A stretch of 64,000 nt of DNA from Lama glama (lineage: Eukaryota): assembly GCA_028534125.1 (NCBI GenBank), contig CM052817.1:22880001-22944000 (forward strand), given 5' to 3'. The translations under genes were made by a program, and so were the position numbers. Position 1 is the stretch's first letter, and each line of letters opens with the position of its first letter. A model generated the notes under the pieces. That model saw only the letters and a program-made list of their open reading frames with translations, was not told the origin of the DNA and did not search any database. This document shows positions 1 to 12,556 of the stretch, in pieces.

Positions 1-129
1 GAGAAATTTTACTTAAAGTAATAAATGACAATCTTATCGAACTAGAAGCTTCAGAGTCTAGGAGAATATTTCACAAATGTACTTAAAACACTAAAATTCA
101 GCAAGAAACTTCAAACATATATTAGGAAA

Positions 130-620
130 ATTCATAAGAGATGGATGGCTTTGCCTCAGTTTGAACGAACAGGATTCTGTCCTGAGCCAGAAACCAAGTA
201 TTTTATTTCTTGTGGCACAACAGGAAGCATGAGCTTCATTTTCTCCTTCGTTCCTCCTGCCCCATGGAGGGAAGGGGAGACGCAGAGCTATGCCCAGGCA
301 GATGTGCACACAGCATGTCTGTGTTACAGCTCAGAAATCTAAAGCTTAGAGAACCCCTTAGCTTATAATGGGGCTGACAGCAAATATTCTCAACCTTTGC
401 TCTAGAGGGAGACATTACCTTTATTTTCTTGGACAAGAAAGAAGTTGGCTCTCTCATCTGGAGGGAGACACCGTACCTTCTTCAGATGTGTACTATAAAA
501 ACATCCATCTTTAAAATATTTTAAAATTATCTGAACACCTGATTTTCTTGGGAAGTGAAACAGAAGATTACTCTTTGGAAGATATATATTGTTAGTAAGC
601 CTGCTTTACCCAAATTGTAC
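130..620. mobile_element. Probable old LTR fragment (ERV1-like, family unassigned)
   Basis: GC-richer block with an internal direct repeat (ctctagagggagacattacc near 401, tctggagggagacaccgtacc near 457) of a kind recalled from ERV1-class LTRs; ends not resolved. Confidence 0.35.
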
Positions 621-764
621 AATCATAAATCATTTACTTGGAACTCATTAGAGTAACTACAGAACATCAAAAGCATGTTAAGTAAAAAAGAAATTCTGTA
701 TTCTCAACAGAGAAAATAATTAAAGTGGTTAATATTTAGTTTCATGCAATCATTAATTAAAAGC

Positions 765-1030
765 ACAAGGTTCAGAGCCAGACTTGGATTTTAGATTGCC
801 ATTTACTGGCTGTGTGGGCAAAGCTGTAAGACTTAACTTTTTTGGGTCTTTGTTTCTTCACTTGTAAAAACGTGAATCAACATCACCATTTTCTTCTTCA
901 TCATGATCGTCATCATCACCATCATCATCACCATAGCAACTGTCTTATAGTATGAACATTTAATACGATGAAAGCACTTGGAAAAGAGCCTATTAGGTAT
1001 CAAGCACTATACAATAAGAAAACAATTGTA
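765..1030 (+). mobile_element. MIR SINE interrupted by a (CAT)n tract
   Basis: MIR core-like gccatttactggctgtgtg...acttaac...tgtttcttcacttgtaaaa and 3' part gaaagcacttggaaaagagcct; imperfect (CAT)n at about 898-934. Confidence 0.6.
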
Positions 1031-1299
1031 TCCCAGCTTTATACACTATTAACTTTTTATACATTCAGAAGGGCATTTTGAACTTTGTTTAGTTAAACTC
1101 TTGCTTTCATGATGATAAAGACAACAGACCAGTAAGCAACTTTTCAAAGTCACAGCTTCTTAGATGTGTGTGAGATCATGATTGATAGATACCATCATCT
1201 TCCTTCTCATCTACTCATTCTTAGTGTCACTAGTCTTAAGCCAGCACTTCTGTTGGTCTATAGTGCTTTTTCAGTGGGATGAATCAGACCTTTATCCCT

Positions 1300-2300
1300 G
1301 AGGTGTCTGAGCTCCCACTGCTCTCCCCTTATGAGGTCCGTTTAGTACCGTGGCCTATGTGCTATTGCAGATGACAACAGGTGCAGCAAGAAGGACCGCA
1401 GGGTAACCCCTGAGCCCCAGATGTACACCCCTCTGGTCCCATTATATAGTAGCAAACTCCTGATCCTCATAATTATCAAGTTTAATTTTCCACACATTAA
1501 TAGAACTTTTTTTTTGGTCTGTTGATCTAATTCTATGTAGAGCCTGAAATAACTGTACAGCATAACTTTAAAGTATAACTTCAGGGAATGGGGACTATAT
1601 TAGAGCTGCAGGAGGGAAACACAAATCCCCTGAGCCACTGAGAGTGATGGTGAAATCACCACTCCTTCTTCTATCCTTTTTTGATTTCTGGATCTATGGA
1701 TTCTAACTGTAGGGACATGACATGGTACAATGGCCGCTGGGTCAAAGATTATACTGAAATCTGAAGAATATTCTCTTAACACTGAAAGGCATCATCTGCA
1801 GGTTGGTGCTCAGGTCAAACCTTTAAGAGGCTATTCCAATATTCAACCAGGTAAGCAGTTTACAATGTGTGCTGTCTGTAACTCTGCGTCCCTTACCTAT
1901 ATGTGCACTGTCATGCTTTCTCCAAAATGAAAACACATTTCTCTAAAGAAATGTTAGGTTGGATCTTATGTTAACAATCAATTTTTTCAGCCCACCAATA
2001 GCATTGTTGACTGAGGTACTGCAGGAAGTGAAGGCAAACCCAGTCCTGGAATGCATATTGATCTCAGTAAGGATGAAAGATGGCTCTTCTTAAGATCAAC
2101 TTGCCACTAAGTGGCTGATTGGTCTTGAAGGATGGTACCACCACACCAAGGTGTTGATATCTGTCTCTTCAGCTGATATTCGATATTTTTCAGGAACAGC
2201 AACTAGACAGTCTACGTGAATGAAAGTCCTTGTTGTTGAGCTCATGCTTTGCCTTTGACTTTGCCACCATAACTGGTGAATGAATTATGTGGACAACAAT
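1300..2300 (-). mobile_element. ERVL-class internal remnant (integrase C-terminal half and dUTPase region), decayed
   Basis: Minus-strand translation gives TAYLVEYWNSLLKV*...ILQISV*SLTQRPLYHVMS, then VRIHRSRNQ (ORF 1600-1782) and LLLYNGTRGVYIWGSGVTL (ORF 1342-1563). These are collinear with recalled ERVL motifs AAGLIERWNGLLK...VLQEAVYALNQHPIYGAVS, ARIHGSRNQ and LLLHNGGKEEYVWNTGDPL. Multiple stops and frameshifts. Confidence 0.8.
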
Positions 2301-4419
2301 CTAAACATTCTGATGTGTCTTAGATACACATTTCGATACTTCTGCTCCATGGACATAATCTGACATCATATCTATGTAGCTTGATGCATATGTTTCTTCT
2401 GTTATCTTTTAGAACTTAATACTTCCAATGTTATTATCTCCCATTTACCTCTGTGAGTGAAGGAAAGATCAGTAGTATCACCATATCACCAGTTGTCCCA
2501 CTCACATCGAAGATGTGGGCATTCTAACCCTGGTACTCAGTGTTACAATGAATCAAGTCAACAATTACGTACTGATTACACATATGTATATGGAGCTCCA
2601 GGCTGCCTCTTACAGAGAACAGAAAAATGCAGTCCCTATCCTAAAACAGGCAAGAATTCTTTCTAGGTCTTTTTCTCTTTTTACCTGCTTTCTACTCCTT
2701 TGCTCAGAATAAGCCAGTCTAATTTATAATCTATGAATATCTATATTATTTTATTCTGAAATTATATCTTTGCTGAAGATATGGTGAAGAAGAAAAAAAT
2801 GAATCTAAATATTAATTTTGCAAGTGTATGTCTCAGGGATCTTCTTGTCTGACTGACACATTTAGCTGAATGCAGAGTTTTAGTCGCACAGCTATGAGGC
2901 AGTATAATCTGACATGTGTTCTCCTCAGAAAAAGAATATAAGTGCTCCATAGTTAAATACTTTGGCCAACCTTCCTGGAGATTCATAAAGTAAATTACTT
3001 TTAAAAAGCTTCTGTGATGTTGTGTTATCAAGGAGTATGTTCTAATACCCAGAGTATTAAAAAAAAATTAATACACACCTTCCTCAAATTTTCTAATGAA
3101 AAAATTTATTTTGTCAATTAATCCACAGGAGAAATTGTCAATAGGATGTCTGGATCCAAGAGCAAAATTCACATCATCAAGGTCTATAATTCTCCTACTT
3201 CTTTTTCTGTTTATTTCAATATGTTGCCTTCATTCTATAGGAGGAATCTCTTTGTGTAGAATGAAAAGGACCACTGATATATGTAGGTTCACATTCTGTC
3301 TGACTGGTAAGCCTCTATGCATATGCAGAGAAGGGCTTTAACTCGACCCACCTAGGTCTTGTGCTTGCTGTGGAAACCATCCCTGATGCCAGCAGTACAA
3401 CAACTGGCCCAACAAGGGTCAGGTGGCTGGCTTAGGAAGCAAGAGAGGAAGGCCTCAAGGGAAACAGGGCTATGCCGTCTCTATATTCTACCATATATTA
3501 CCAAACTTGTTTGAACATAAAGCACTTTTATCAGAAATATCTAACAAAATATATTTGTAGAGCCTATTCAGAGATTGACATTTTTATAATTATCTATAGT
3601 TCAAATCACAAGGCTACTATGTGCCCAACTGTTTCTATCATGTGTGATTCTTTCCATTAATACCAAGAAATACAACATATGTTGAATTTATATGCAAGCA
3701 AGATGGCTTGAATATACATTGTGATCATATCTTTAAATAAATAAAAATAGTGATGATTTTCTAGGTATCAGTTTAAAAAAACTCACAATGTGTTACATAA
3801 TCTAGTGGTAGAGTATTGAACATTTTAAAGATTTTTTTTTTAATACAAAAAAGTCAGGGTTGGATAATCTAGCCAAGAACATTGAGTGAGAAGCACTTTG
3901 ATGCTTAGCTACATAATCAAACAATGTGACAGTGGGAAGTAGGAAGGTCAAATGAAAAGAAGTGGTAACAAATGAGCACTGATTTCAGGTCACTGAAGTA
4001 TATCTTGAACAGTAAAGTGGCCATCCCGAGTTGTTAAGAATTCCACAGTACATAGAAAATAGAAAGTATTCTAACGCTGATATGTGAAAAAAATTTTAAA
4101 ACATGTTCTTTCTTAAAATACATGAGAAAGATACTGATTCAAAAATATCAAATGTAAAATCCAGTAGAAACATTCCATTTTTATATTCAAACCTGTGCAT
4201 GTGTTTAAACTTAATGTTTGTAATGGTTAGTATAATATGAAATGGATACAATTTTTCAAAGTAAACATAATTATCAATAACAATTTGCAAGTAAAATTCA
4301 GAATTTTGGCCAGGGACTATTATACTATTAAATTAAAATTTAGTTGGGGATATGTAAAAAATAAGGAAATCTTTTTTTTCAAGTTCATAAATGCAGATTT
4401 TAGAAGACATTATTTAAAT

Positions 4420-5700
4420 AACTTCAGCCCATCAACTAGAGTTCAAACTAGTCAAATTTCTGTTGTTTCTATTCTCTCAATAATCCAAGAAAGAAAAATA
4501 GAAATAATCCCTGACTTTATTTGTTCCCTCTCACTCAGAATTAATAATCATGTTCTGCTATTTTTAGCTCACTAAAAACTTTTCTAATACTCTACCTTTT
4601 CCTTCCCTTACTACTTCCCTACTTCAGGCTTATATCATTTGCTAAATTACTACATTTGCTTCTTACTATTTTTTTCTAATTCCAGTTTCTCCTCCTAAAA
4701 TCAAGAATTGCTCTCTAATATCTAAATCTGACATCTTACTCCCCACCCTTCAGCAAGTCATCATTAGTTACTATGTGAGTTTGGACTCCTTATAATCATG
4801 CACAAGAAAGTATATAATACAACCTCTGCCTATGACTAAGCTTTATCTGTTGGAATGTCATCAAACACACAACTGAGCACCTCCTCACACATGTGACTGC
4901 ACTTAGGATGCATTCTGCTGCATGTGTCTAATTACTCTGCTAACTTGGCTTAAGTAATATTTATTACTGCCAACAATAAAAGTAAGGCTGACTTCAGAGC
5001 TGACTGACTCATCTGTACAACAACTTCAGCAATACTGGACACTCTCCACTGCTCAGCTCACCATTTTTGGTACTGGTTTCATCGCCAGCCTAGCAGCTAT
5101 TCAAGCTTCACATATACACACAGCAATATTAAAATAAAAAAAAAGTACCATCATTTTCTGTGATTATCCTTTAGGAGCCAGATAATCACCTGCACATTTT
5201 TTTTCTCATGCATCATTAAGTATATTAGAATTGGGTAACTTGATCATTTCTGAACTGCCAGAGGAATGGGATTGTCTCCAGAATAATCAGAGGTCTGAGT
5301 TGGGCAGTGGAAACTGTGGGTTATGACTCTATCTGGGAGATACAACACTTGAACAAAACTGGCATCTTATTAAACAGAGAGAGTGAGGGAATGAATGTTA
5401 TTTATTTCCTCTATGAATTTGCTAGAGAGGATTCCCTAATCCTAAACATCATTTAAAACATAAGTCAGATATTGTCTTCTTGAGACAATCCTCTCTAATT
5501 GCTATCACCCTCATGCCGGAGTGAGTAGGCAATTCTTTCTTGGGGCTCTAATAAGAGGTTATCCCTATGACTCAACACTAGGGTTATCTGTTACTATAAT
5601 TGGTTCTTCTATTAATCTGAGAGTACTGTGAGGGCAAAAATACTTTGTATTCACTTTACTGAACCCAATATAATATTTCAATAATATCTGTTGAATGAAT
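4420..5700 (+). mobile_element. L2 3' fragment, interrupted by an MLT1-like LTR
   Basis: Pyrimidine-rich L2-like sequence ending in the typical L2 tail tcaataatatctgttgaatgaat at about 5700. Confidence 0.55.
4890..5400. mobile_element. Old MaLR LTR (MLT1J/K-like)
   Basis: Motifs agaattgggtaacttgatcatttctgaac, ggaatgggatt and aacaaaactggcatcttatt...gagggaatgaatgtt recalled from old MLT1 subfamilies. Confidence 0.45.
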
Positions 5701-6599
5701 TGTTGAAGATGCTTTGCAAATTATTCAGCCACTAAAACGTTCTAGTAGAACCACTTTTTTTGAGTTATTTAGAAAAGCCTTCGAGTATTTGAAAATGGTA
5801 ATGGGAATTCATTTAAAAATATTCCCTTTCTTATAGTCTACTCAAAACATGTTAGGATTATAAAATAAAACATAGACTATGGAGTTTCCCTAACTTTCTA
5901 AACTAGGTTAGGGATCTCTGATACACTTTGTTATTGTCAAGTCTTCCTTGAGGGCAGGTATGGTTGTGTTTGTCATAGTCTCCCCAGCTTTTAGCAAGTG
6001 TGCTTTGCATGGGCACTCGATACATACATATGACTGAGTAAATACACTAAGAATATTTACATTTTACTTATTATACAGTAATAGCATCTTATTTAGCTCT
6101 TGCTACATGTGTATCTTTATTCATTAGCATGTTGCAGAAAATACCACTAGAATCTCAGGGGAGCATTCAAATTAATAGTGTTCTTACTGGCAGGAGTCAA
6201 GAGAATATGCATTCCTTTAAAGTTAGATCAGCTGCTTGTGAGCCTCAACTGGCATCAGTCAACTGAGGGGCCCCCAATCAGACACAGCATATTTCAAGAT
6301 CTCCATCACCAAAAAGGAACCTGAGCTACTGGAATAAGATCATTGTTTTGACAGTCTTGGTACCTGTCAGCAAGAGTCATGCAGGACCCTCTGAACGCTG
6401 AGTGCTTCAGGCCGGATCAGCTACTCTCCTCTGTCCCTTCCAACATTCTTTGCACCCCACCACTCTCTGTCTTAGGAACATAACGTGTAATCTCATTATG
6501 TCTTTTAAACCTGTCCCTGTCATCCAGCACAAGAACTTCAGTTCTGCCAGATCAGTCTTTTTGCCCAGGATTCCAGTCCCCATAGGATTCTGTACACTG

Positions 6600-9010
6600 A
6601 GTTTCTTGTTTCCCTCTCCCAAATCTCAACTTCCAAAATGTTGCACTAAACCATCTATACTCATAGACAACAGCAAAGTTTGTGATATTTTGTAACTCTT
6701 CCTTGAATAATCCTTTCGTCTTTTTTATTTTTTCTCTGAAACCTGGTTCTGCTTTGAATTGACTGTTCCACTGACAAAATGTCAGTGTTTGGTTTTTGCC
6801 ACATTTCTCAATCTATTGAAACTCAAGGTGGGGTAGTTTTCTTCCTTGCTTTGTCCTTGTCTCTTTCAAATTCTTCTTTCTCTCTCCACCAAAAAAAAAA
6901 AAAAAGTTATTTAGCTATGAAATCAGACTCTACCATCGTTACTGCTTGTTTTACGTATTTGCTGATCCTTGGGTACGTCACTCTCCCTCCTGGTACGGAG
7001 ACTGTAGATTCTGCCACACTGAGGCTCTCCCCAACAAGGCCACTGTCATGGATCTCAGTAATTCCAATGTCTATCTGAATCACTCTTCCAAAACCATATC
7101 CTCTCAGTTTCTTGACGTTCTCTTCCAGTTGTCAGGTCTCCAGCCCTACCTTAGACACATCATATACTAGATGTCCTTATTTACAGCTCTACTTACTATA
7201 TCAACTCAGTTTCAAGCACCTCACTCTCCAGCCACCACTCACCATTTTTCCAATCTCTTCATTGAATATACTTTCAGTCTTACTGAGAACTGCAAAATAC
7301 TGATTCCATTAATATCCCTCCCCTGCTTCTAGCCTCCTTTCTTTGCTTACAGTTTTAACCCACATTTATTCATTACACAGCATGTAATTCCTTTCTTATT
7401 TTTTGCATTGCTGCACTAAGATGACTGAATCACAACTGTGGATGAATCAAGTCTCTACCCACATGACATCTGCATCTACACAGAGAAACACAGCTGGAAC
7501 AAAACACACAACCATCCTGACTGCTCTGAAGCTAAATGTGAGATTGTTTACCTCAACGGTAATGCTTCTTAGTTTGATAGGAATTCTATAACATTTCCCT
7601 AGTCCTTTCTCTTCCTCATTCCTCTAAGTGATCATTTCAGTACTTCTCCTTTTCTTTAACTGATACATCTTTCCTTATTCTCATTCTCAAAATATGATCT
7701 GAGAAAAGAGAAGCAATCACAAGACAAAATCCAAAGGCCCCTGCTATTTGCCTGCACTTGTCTGCGCCTGTGCCCACATCATCTGTGTTTTATGTCAAAA
7801 TGAGTAAACTGTCCTTCTAGCAAAGGACGGTCCCCTCTTTTACATCATACCTCATCTTTTCTCTACTAAGTGAGAACATGAGGACATTTCCCCAGCAATC
7901 CCACTGTCTTGTTCTCGAAACATCAAACTTTTCTCTACAGGCCTGTCCCCAACATTATGAAGACCAGATGTTATTTTCCCAATATAAATAAGCCTTTTAA
8001 CCCAATTTTCATGCCAGCTTTTGTACTATTTATTTCCTCCTATTTACTGTAAAACTCATGAAGGGAATTTTCTATAATTGACTTTCCTACTGTCTTTCTT
8101 CAGCCCACTCCTTTCAGCCTTTTGTCACTAGTATTTCAATATAACTGCTCATATCGAGGTTACCAGTGATCAAATTGCTATATCCAAACACCAATTTTTC
8201 AGCACTTTTTTCACTTAACCTCTAATAAGTCTTCAGTAAAGCTGACTACATTCTTACATTTAAAACACTTTGTTTGTTTTCCAGAACATACCTTTTCCAT
8301 TCTTTCCTACCTCTCTAAGTACTCAACCCCCTTTGCTGATTCTTCTTTAATTCTTTGTTGAAATGCCTTCAGGGTTAATCCTTGAACATTTTTTTATATC
8401 CATATCTCTTCCTTGGTGATTTCACTGAATCTCCTCTCTTTAAATAACTTCCTAGGCTGCTATCTACCATATTTATAGTCTCAACTTTTACTTCTTTATT
8501 GAATTCAAATTCAAAATGTCCGAATGACTATTCATTATCTCAGAGGCACCTAAATTCAATATGTGAAAAAATGAACTCTTCTGCATTCCAAGTGTGTTTC
8601 TCTTACAGTAAATGAAACTCAGAAACACAATCTTGGAGTCACCATTGACTGGTCATTTCTATGTCTCCCATCTGTCTCTTTGCCACTATCTCACTCTCTC
8701 GTCCTCTTTCCCCCTAGCTCTCTTTCTCTGCCACAACACATGTAGAATTCACCAGTAGATCCTTTTGGCTATGATGACAAAATATATCCATATATGATCA
8801 TTAACTTCCTTTGTTACCTTCCTCATCCAACCACTGCCACTTCTAGATTAGAATATCATAATATCTTCCCAACTCTTCTAACTAGTCATGCCTTTGCCTT
8901 CTTTTCATCCATTCTGGACTCCATTAAATATAAAACATACTATGTCACTCACATACTCAAAATTCTTAAATATCTTTCTTTTCCACTCAATAAAACCTAG
9001 TGTTTTTATC
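6600..9010 (+). mobile_element. Long L2 LINE fragment reaching the endonuclease region
   Basis: ctctgaaacctgg (ETW endonuclease motif) at about 6734, followed by about 2.3 kb of C/T-rich L2-like sequence (e.g. gaggttaccagtgatc, ggcacctaaattcaatatgt, cttggagtcaccattgact). Confidence 0.7.
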
Positions 9011-9011
9011 A

Positions 9012-9485
9012 TTGTTATAGCAAAACTTGCACCAAAGTTAAACAGGCAAAGATAACTATTCAAGGCTATTGCAATAGAAGAAAGAGATCATTATTTGAGT
9101 CTGAACACTTTACTGAAATAAAGAGCAAGAAGGATTTTTAAGCACTATAGTGAGCTAATGAAAAAGCCCTGGGAGACAGTAGGGCACTGTTTGCTAACTA
9201 GATTTATCCAAAGGAAAGATAAATGTGGCATACATTTTAAGACAGAGGTAGTTTCACAACTTAGAGCAAGACATGCAGAGAAGTTAGGCTTCTACACTCC
9301 CACAGAAATTGTGCAACAAGGGTGCTCTCTTCCTTGACAATTACAGTTCAAAGGGATGGTTCCCCAAGTCCTCAAGAAAGACATTCCTGGGTTTTGAAAG
9401 TGGCAAGAGGCTTTTTAAAGGATTTACATCTCAAAGGTGCAGAAAATGAATTTAAAAATTTTCCAATGCAAATGTGTTAAACAAA
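9012..9485. mobile_element. Solo LTR, ERV1-class (family uncertain)
   Basis: Starts tgtt and ends near taaaca; contains gttaaacaggcaa...ttcaaggctattgcaatag and agaaagacattcctggg...ggcaagaggc...gatttacatctcaaagg, recalled from eutherian ERV1 LTRs. Confidence 0.5.
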
Positions 9486-9659
9486 AGTTATATAGAAACA
9501 TTTGTATATCTATGTAGACATATCTATACAGATGTACATACACTTACACATGTATATGTTCATACATATACATATATTTACATCTATCTATATCTCTCCT
9601 CTAGTTTCTCTTTATATCTCTGGCTTTGGATCTTGAATAAAATCTACAATGGAACAATG

Positions 9660-10080
9660 AGAGCCTGTCTGAGATAAAGTTTCCCAGAAGCAGACACTGA
9701 AGTAAAGACTCATAATGCAAGTAACTTCTTAAGGAAGAGCATGAAGCAGGACAAGGGGTGGGAGAGAGCCAAGCAAGGGTGCTATTTCTGAGGAAGACCC
9801 AGTGAAATTGAATCCTACAGTGAGTCCTAGGGTGTAAACCTACCATTAGGGTTTATCAATCCTAGAGTCAAGTCAATTCAGCTTTCACAATTCTACACCA
9901 ACAGTCACTGGCTGTAGGATGAATAAAGGAAACATAAATTCTCACACACCGTGGGATCTCTGAACATGAGTCTGAAGCACCAACAGTGGCCTCAGAAAGT
10001 TTCCTGACAATGGCATGCTATCATTGATCAGAAGCTGAGGAACAGACACTCAGAAATGCTAAAAGTGATCCACAGGAATA
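9660..10080. mobile_element. Old ERVL LTR (LTR16-like)
   Basis: ttcccagaagcagacactga...tgcaagtaacttcttaagga motif typical of LTR16/LTR33-type elements. Confidence 0.45.
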
Positions 10081-11029
10081 GTCTTCTGTTAAAAATGTTC
10101 AATTGAGGAAGCTCTGTCACTGCTTTTATTCAGAAGCCTCTGTATATGCAATATATAGTATCTCTAATATTACAGTGAGATTCCAGGGGAATTTTTCATT
10201 ACGTAAGCATGGTGCTGCTTCCACAGCATAACTCATCTTTGCAAAACTGGTCTTAATAAGCTCCTTTAGTCTCAACATGTATGGTAGGGAATGCTTGAAA
10301 TTGAGCAAGCTGGGCAATGAGTAACTTAAAGATAAAATCTGCTTACTTCAATACAAAGAAGAATATCTATCAAATTTCAATTTTAGAGTTTACTTTCTCT
10401 ATTTTCTCAACCAATGTAACACACAAGCGATTTTACACTTAAGTTCCAAGTGGAAAAGCCAAATTCTTTTGCTTATTTCACAACTGAATGCAATCAGTGA
10501 CTTATCCATGATCATCCCGTTTTTCTTCTGTCCAACTATATTCAGTTAAAAAGTATTTTACACTTCCAATAGTAAAGTGGTTCTGAGTTACTTGGTCACT
10601 TGGACTCTGTCTTCTCTTCTAGACTTATATTTATATTAAATGGTAAAAGTAATTTTTCTGCCATTTTGCAGTGGGGTTAATTTTCTTAAATAAATTGCAC
10701 ATTTATATTCCTAAAATAAAACTTTGATATTATAATGTCTAATATCTTCCCACGTATAGCAGTTTTGTAGATCATAGATAAAACCAACAGTAACTAAAAT
10801 AGCAGATATTGATTACAAAAAAGGCAAGAAAATAAAGACATAATTACAGAATATAAGTAGGTAGAATAAATAAATAGAAATCTATAACTCTATTACCTAT
10901 TAAGCAAAACCAGTCTAGTTTTAGAAACATTTCTCAAATTTTGGTTAAGTTTATTTAACCCAAAGTTCTGGCAAACTGTCCATTTTTTTCTGCATGTGAT
11001 TATTTCAAATATTGAGACAATGTATCACA

Positions 11030-11375
11030 ATTTTAATAGACTTTATTTTTCAAAGCAGTTTTAGGTTTACAGGAAGTATATACTCCTTCCCCATCCAACC
11101 CCCTTCTACTATTAACATCTTACATTAGGATGATACATTTTTTACAACTGATCAACAAATATTGATAGATTATTATTAACTGAAGTCCCTAGTTTACATC
11201 AGTGTTCCCTCTTTGTGTTGTATAGTTCAATGGATTTTGAAAAATCATGTTATTTATCTGCCATAATAGTATCGAAATAGTTTCACTTCCCTAAAAATGC
11301 AATGTATTCCATGAATTTATCCTTTCTTCCCTTCTGTCTGAACCTCTGGCAGCCACTCATCATAGTTTTGCCTTT
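11030..11375 (-). mobile_element. L1 3' end (L1MC/L1MD-like)
   Basis: atagactttatttttcaaagcagttttaggtttacag...ttattattaactgaagtcc...gttccctctttgtgttgtatagttc matches the reverse complement of L1MC/MD 3' UTRs. Confidence 0.7.
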
Positions 11376-12279
11376 CAATGTACATAACACATTTTCATTG
11401 GTAGCTCTTACAGCAGCAACACATTCTTTAGGTACCTATGAATTTGTTGATCAAGGGACTTACTGACTTTTTCAGACTTCAGTTTAAAGGCTGATTGTGA
11501 TCCAGGATAAAATGTTTGCCTGGGCAGAAATTAAGGCTTTTATTTGCTTCTCCTTTCTCCTTCCTTCACGTCTGGAATTTTGGCCACAGAACACATGTCC
11601 TTATGAAGATCCCACAATAAACAAAACCTTGCTTGAGGGAAAACCGAAAACCAAAAAACCAAAAAAAACCAAAGAAACAAAAACTTGCTTGAGGGAATAC
11701 CAGGAATTGAGAGAATATTTCCAGGAGACAGAAACTCAGCAGAGATTCCCAAGTACTTCTGGAAGTATGTGATGATTAAGACAACAGAACCATGAATGAA
11801 AAAGAAAAGAAACAAGAAACTCAAGTTTCCTAATCAAAAGCTCCCAAAGGAGGACTTTATAAGCGGACCAGTTGACAAAGGATGAAAGGTACTGAAACAA
11901 TTGTTCTCTACCCGAAGAGCCCATCTGTTTAGAGCTACAGTAATTTGAATAGTAAGCTTCAATAATTTTGTTTTGTTTGCTCTTTCATCACTATTTTTCT
12001 CTTAAGAAGAAATCTGATGATGTAAAAAAAAATAATGATTGTTAGGAAGTAGAGAAATGAATTAGTAGAGGCCACATAATTCAGTAGGAAAAGTTAATTA
12101 AATTTGTATGACATCAAAAACATTATATGAAAAATATGAATTGAAAATATATGTTAATTTTAATTATTTCTCTGCTATACATAAATATATTCAAATATGT
12201 GCCTCAAATCATCACCTGCACAAGCACAACTACAAGTAAACACAACTACAAATGGAAGCACTGAAAAAAACCAACTCTA

Positions 12280-12556
12280 CGGTTGACCGTTGAACTCACA
12301 GGTTTGACCTGCATAGGTCCACTTCTACAGGCATATTTAAAAGAAATATACAGTTGGCCCTTCACATCTGGGAGTTCACATCCTTAGATTCAACCAGCTG
12401 CACAGACTGCAAACTTAATACACAATCCGCACCTGTGGTTGCTTGAACCAGCAAATGCTGTACCTGTGGATATGGAGGGCCAACTATGGGGCTGGAGTAT
12501 CCATAGGTTTTAGCATCCCCTGGGACCAATACCCTTCAGATACTGAGGGACAACTA
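12280..12556 (-). mobile_element. MER2B-like TcMar-Tigger non-autonomous DNA transposon
   Basis: Ends cggttgaccgttgaac...ggtccactt and gatactgagggacaacta match MER2B termini; flanked by TA on both sides (12278-12279, 12557-12558); internal inverted cagttggccct / agggccaact. Confidence 0.85.

Noticed and set aside
4237..4575. 112-aa ORF
   Set aside because: AT-driven composition, partly overlapping L2, with no recognisable domain.
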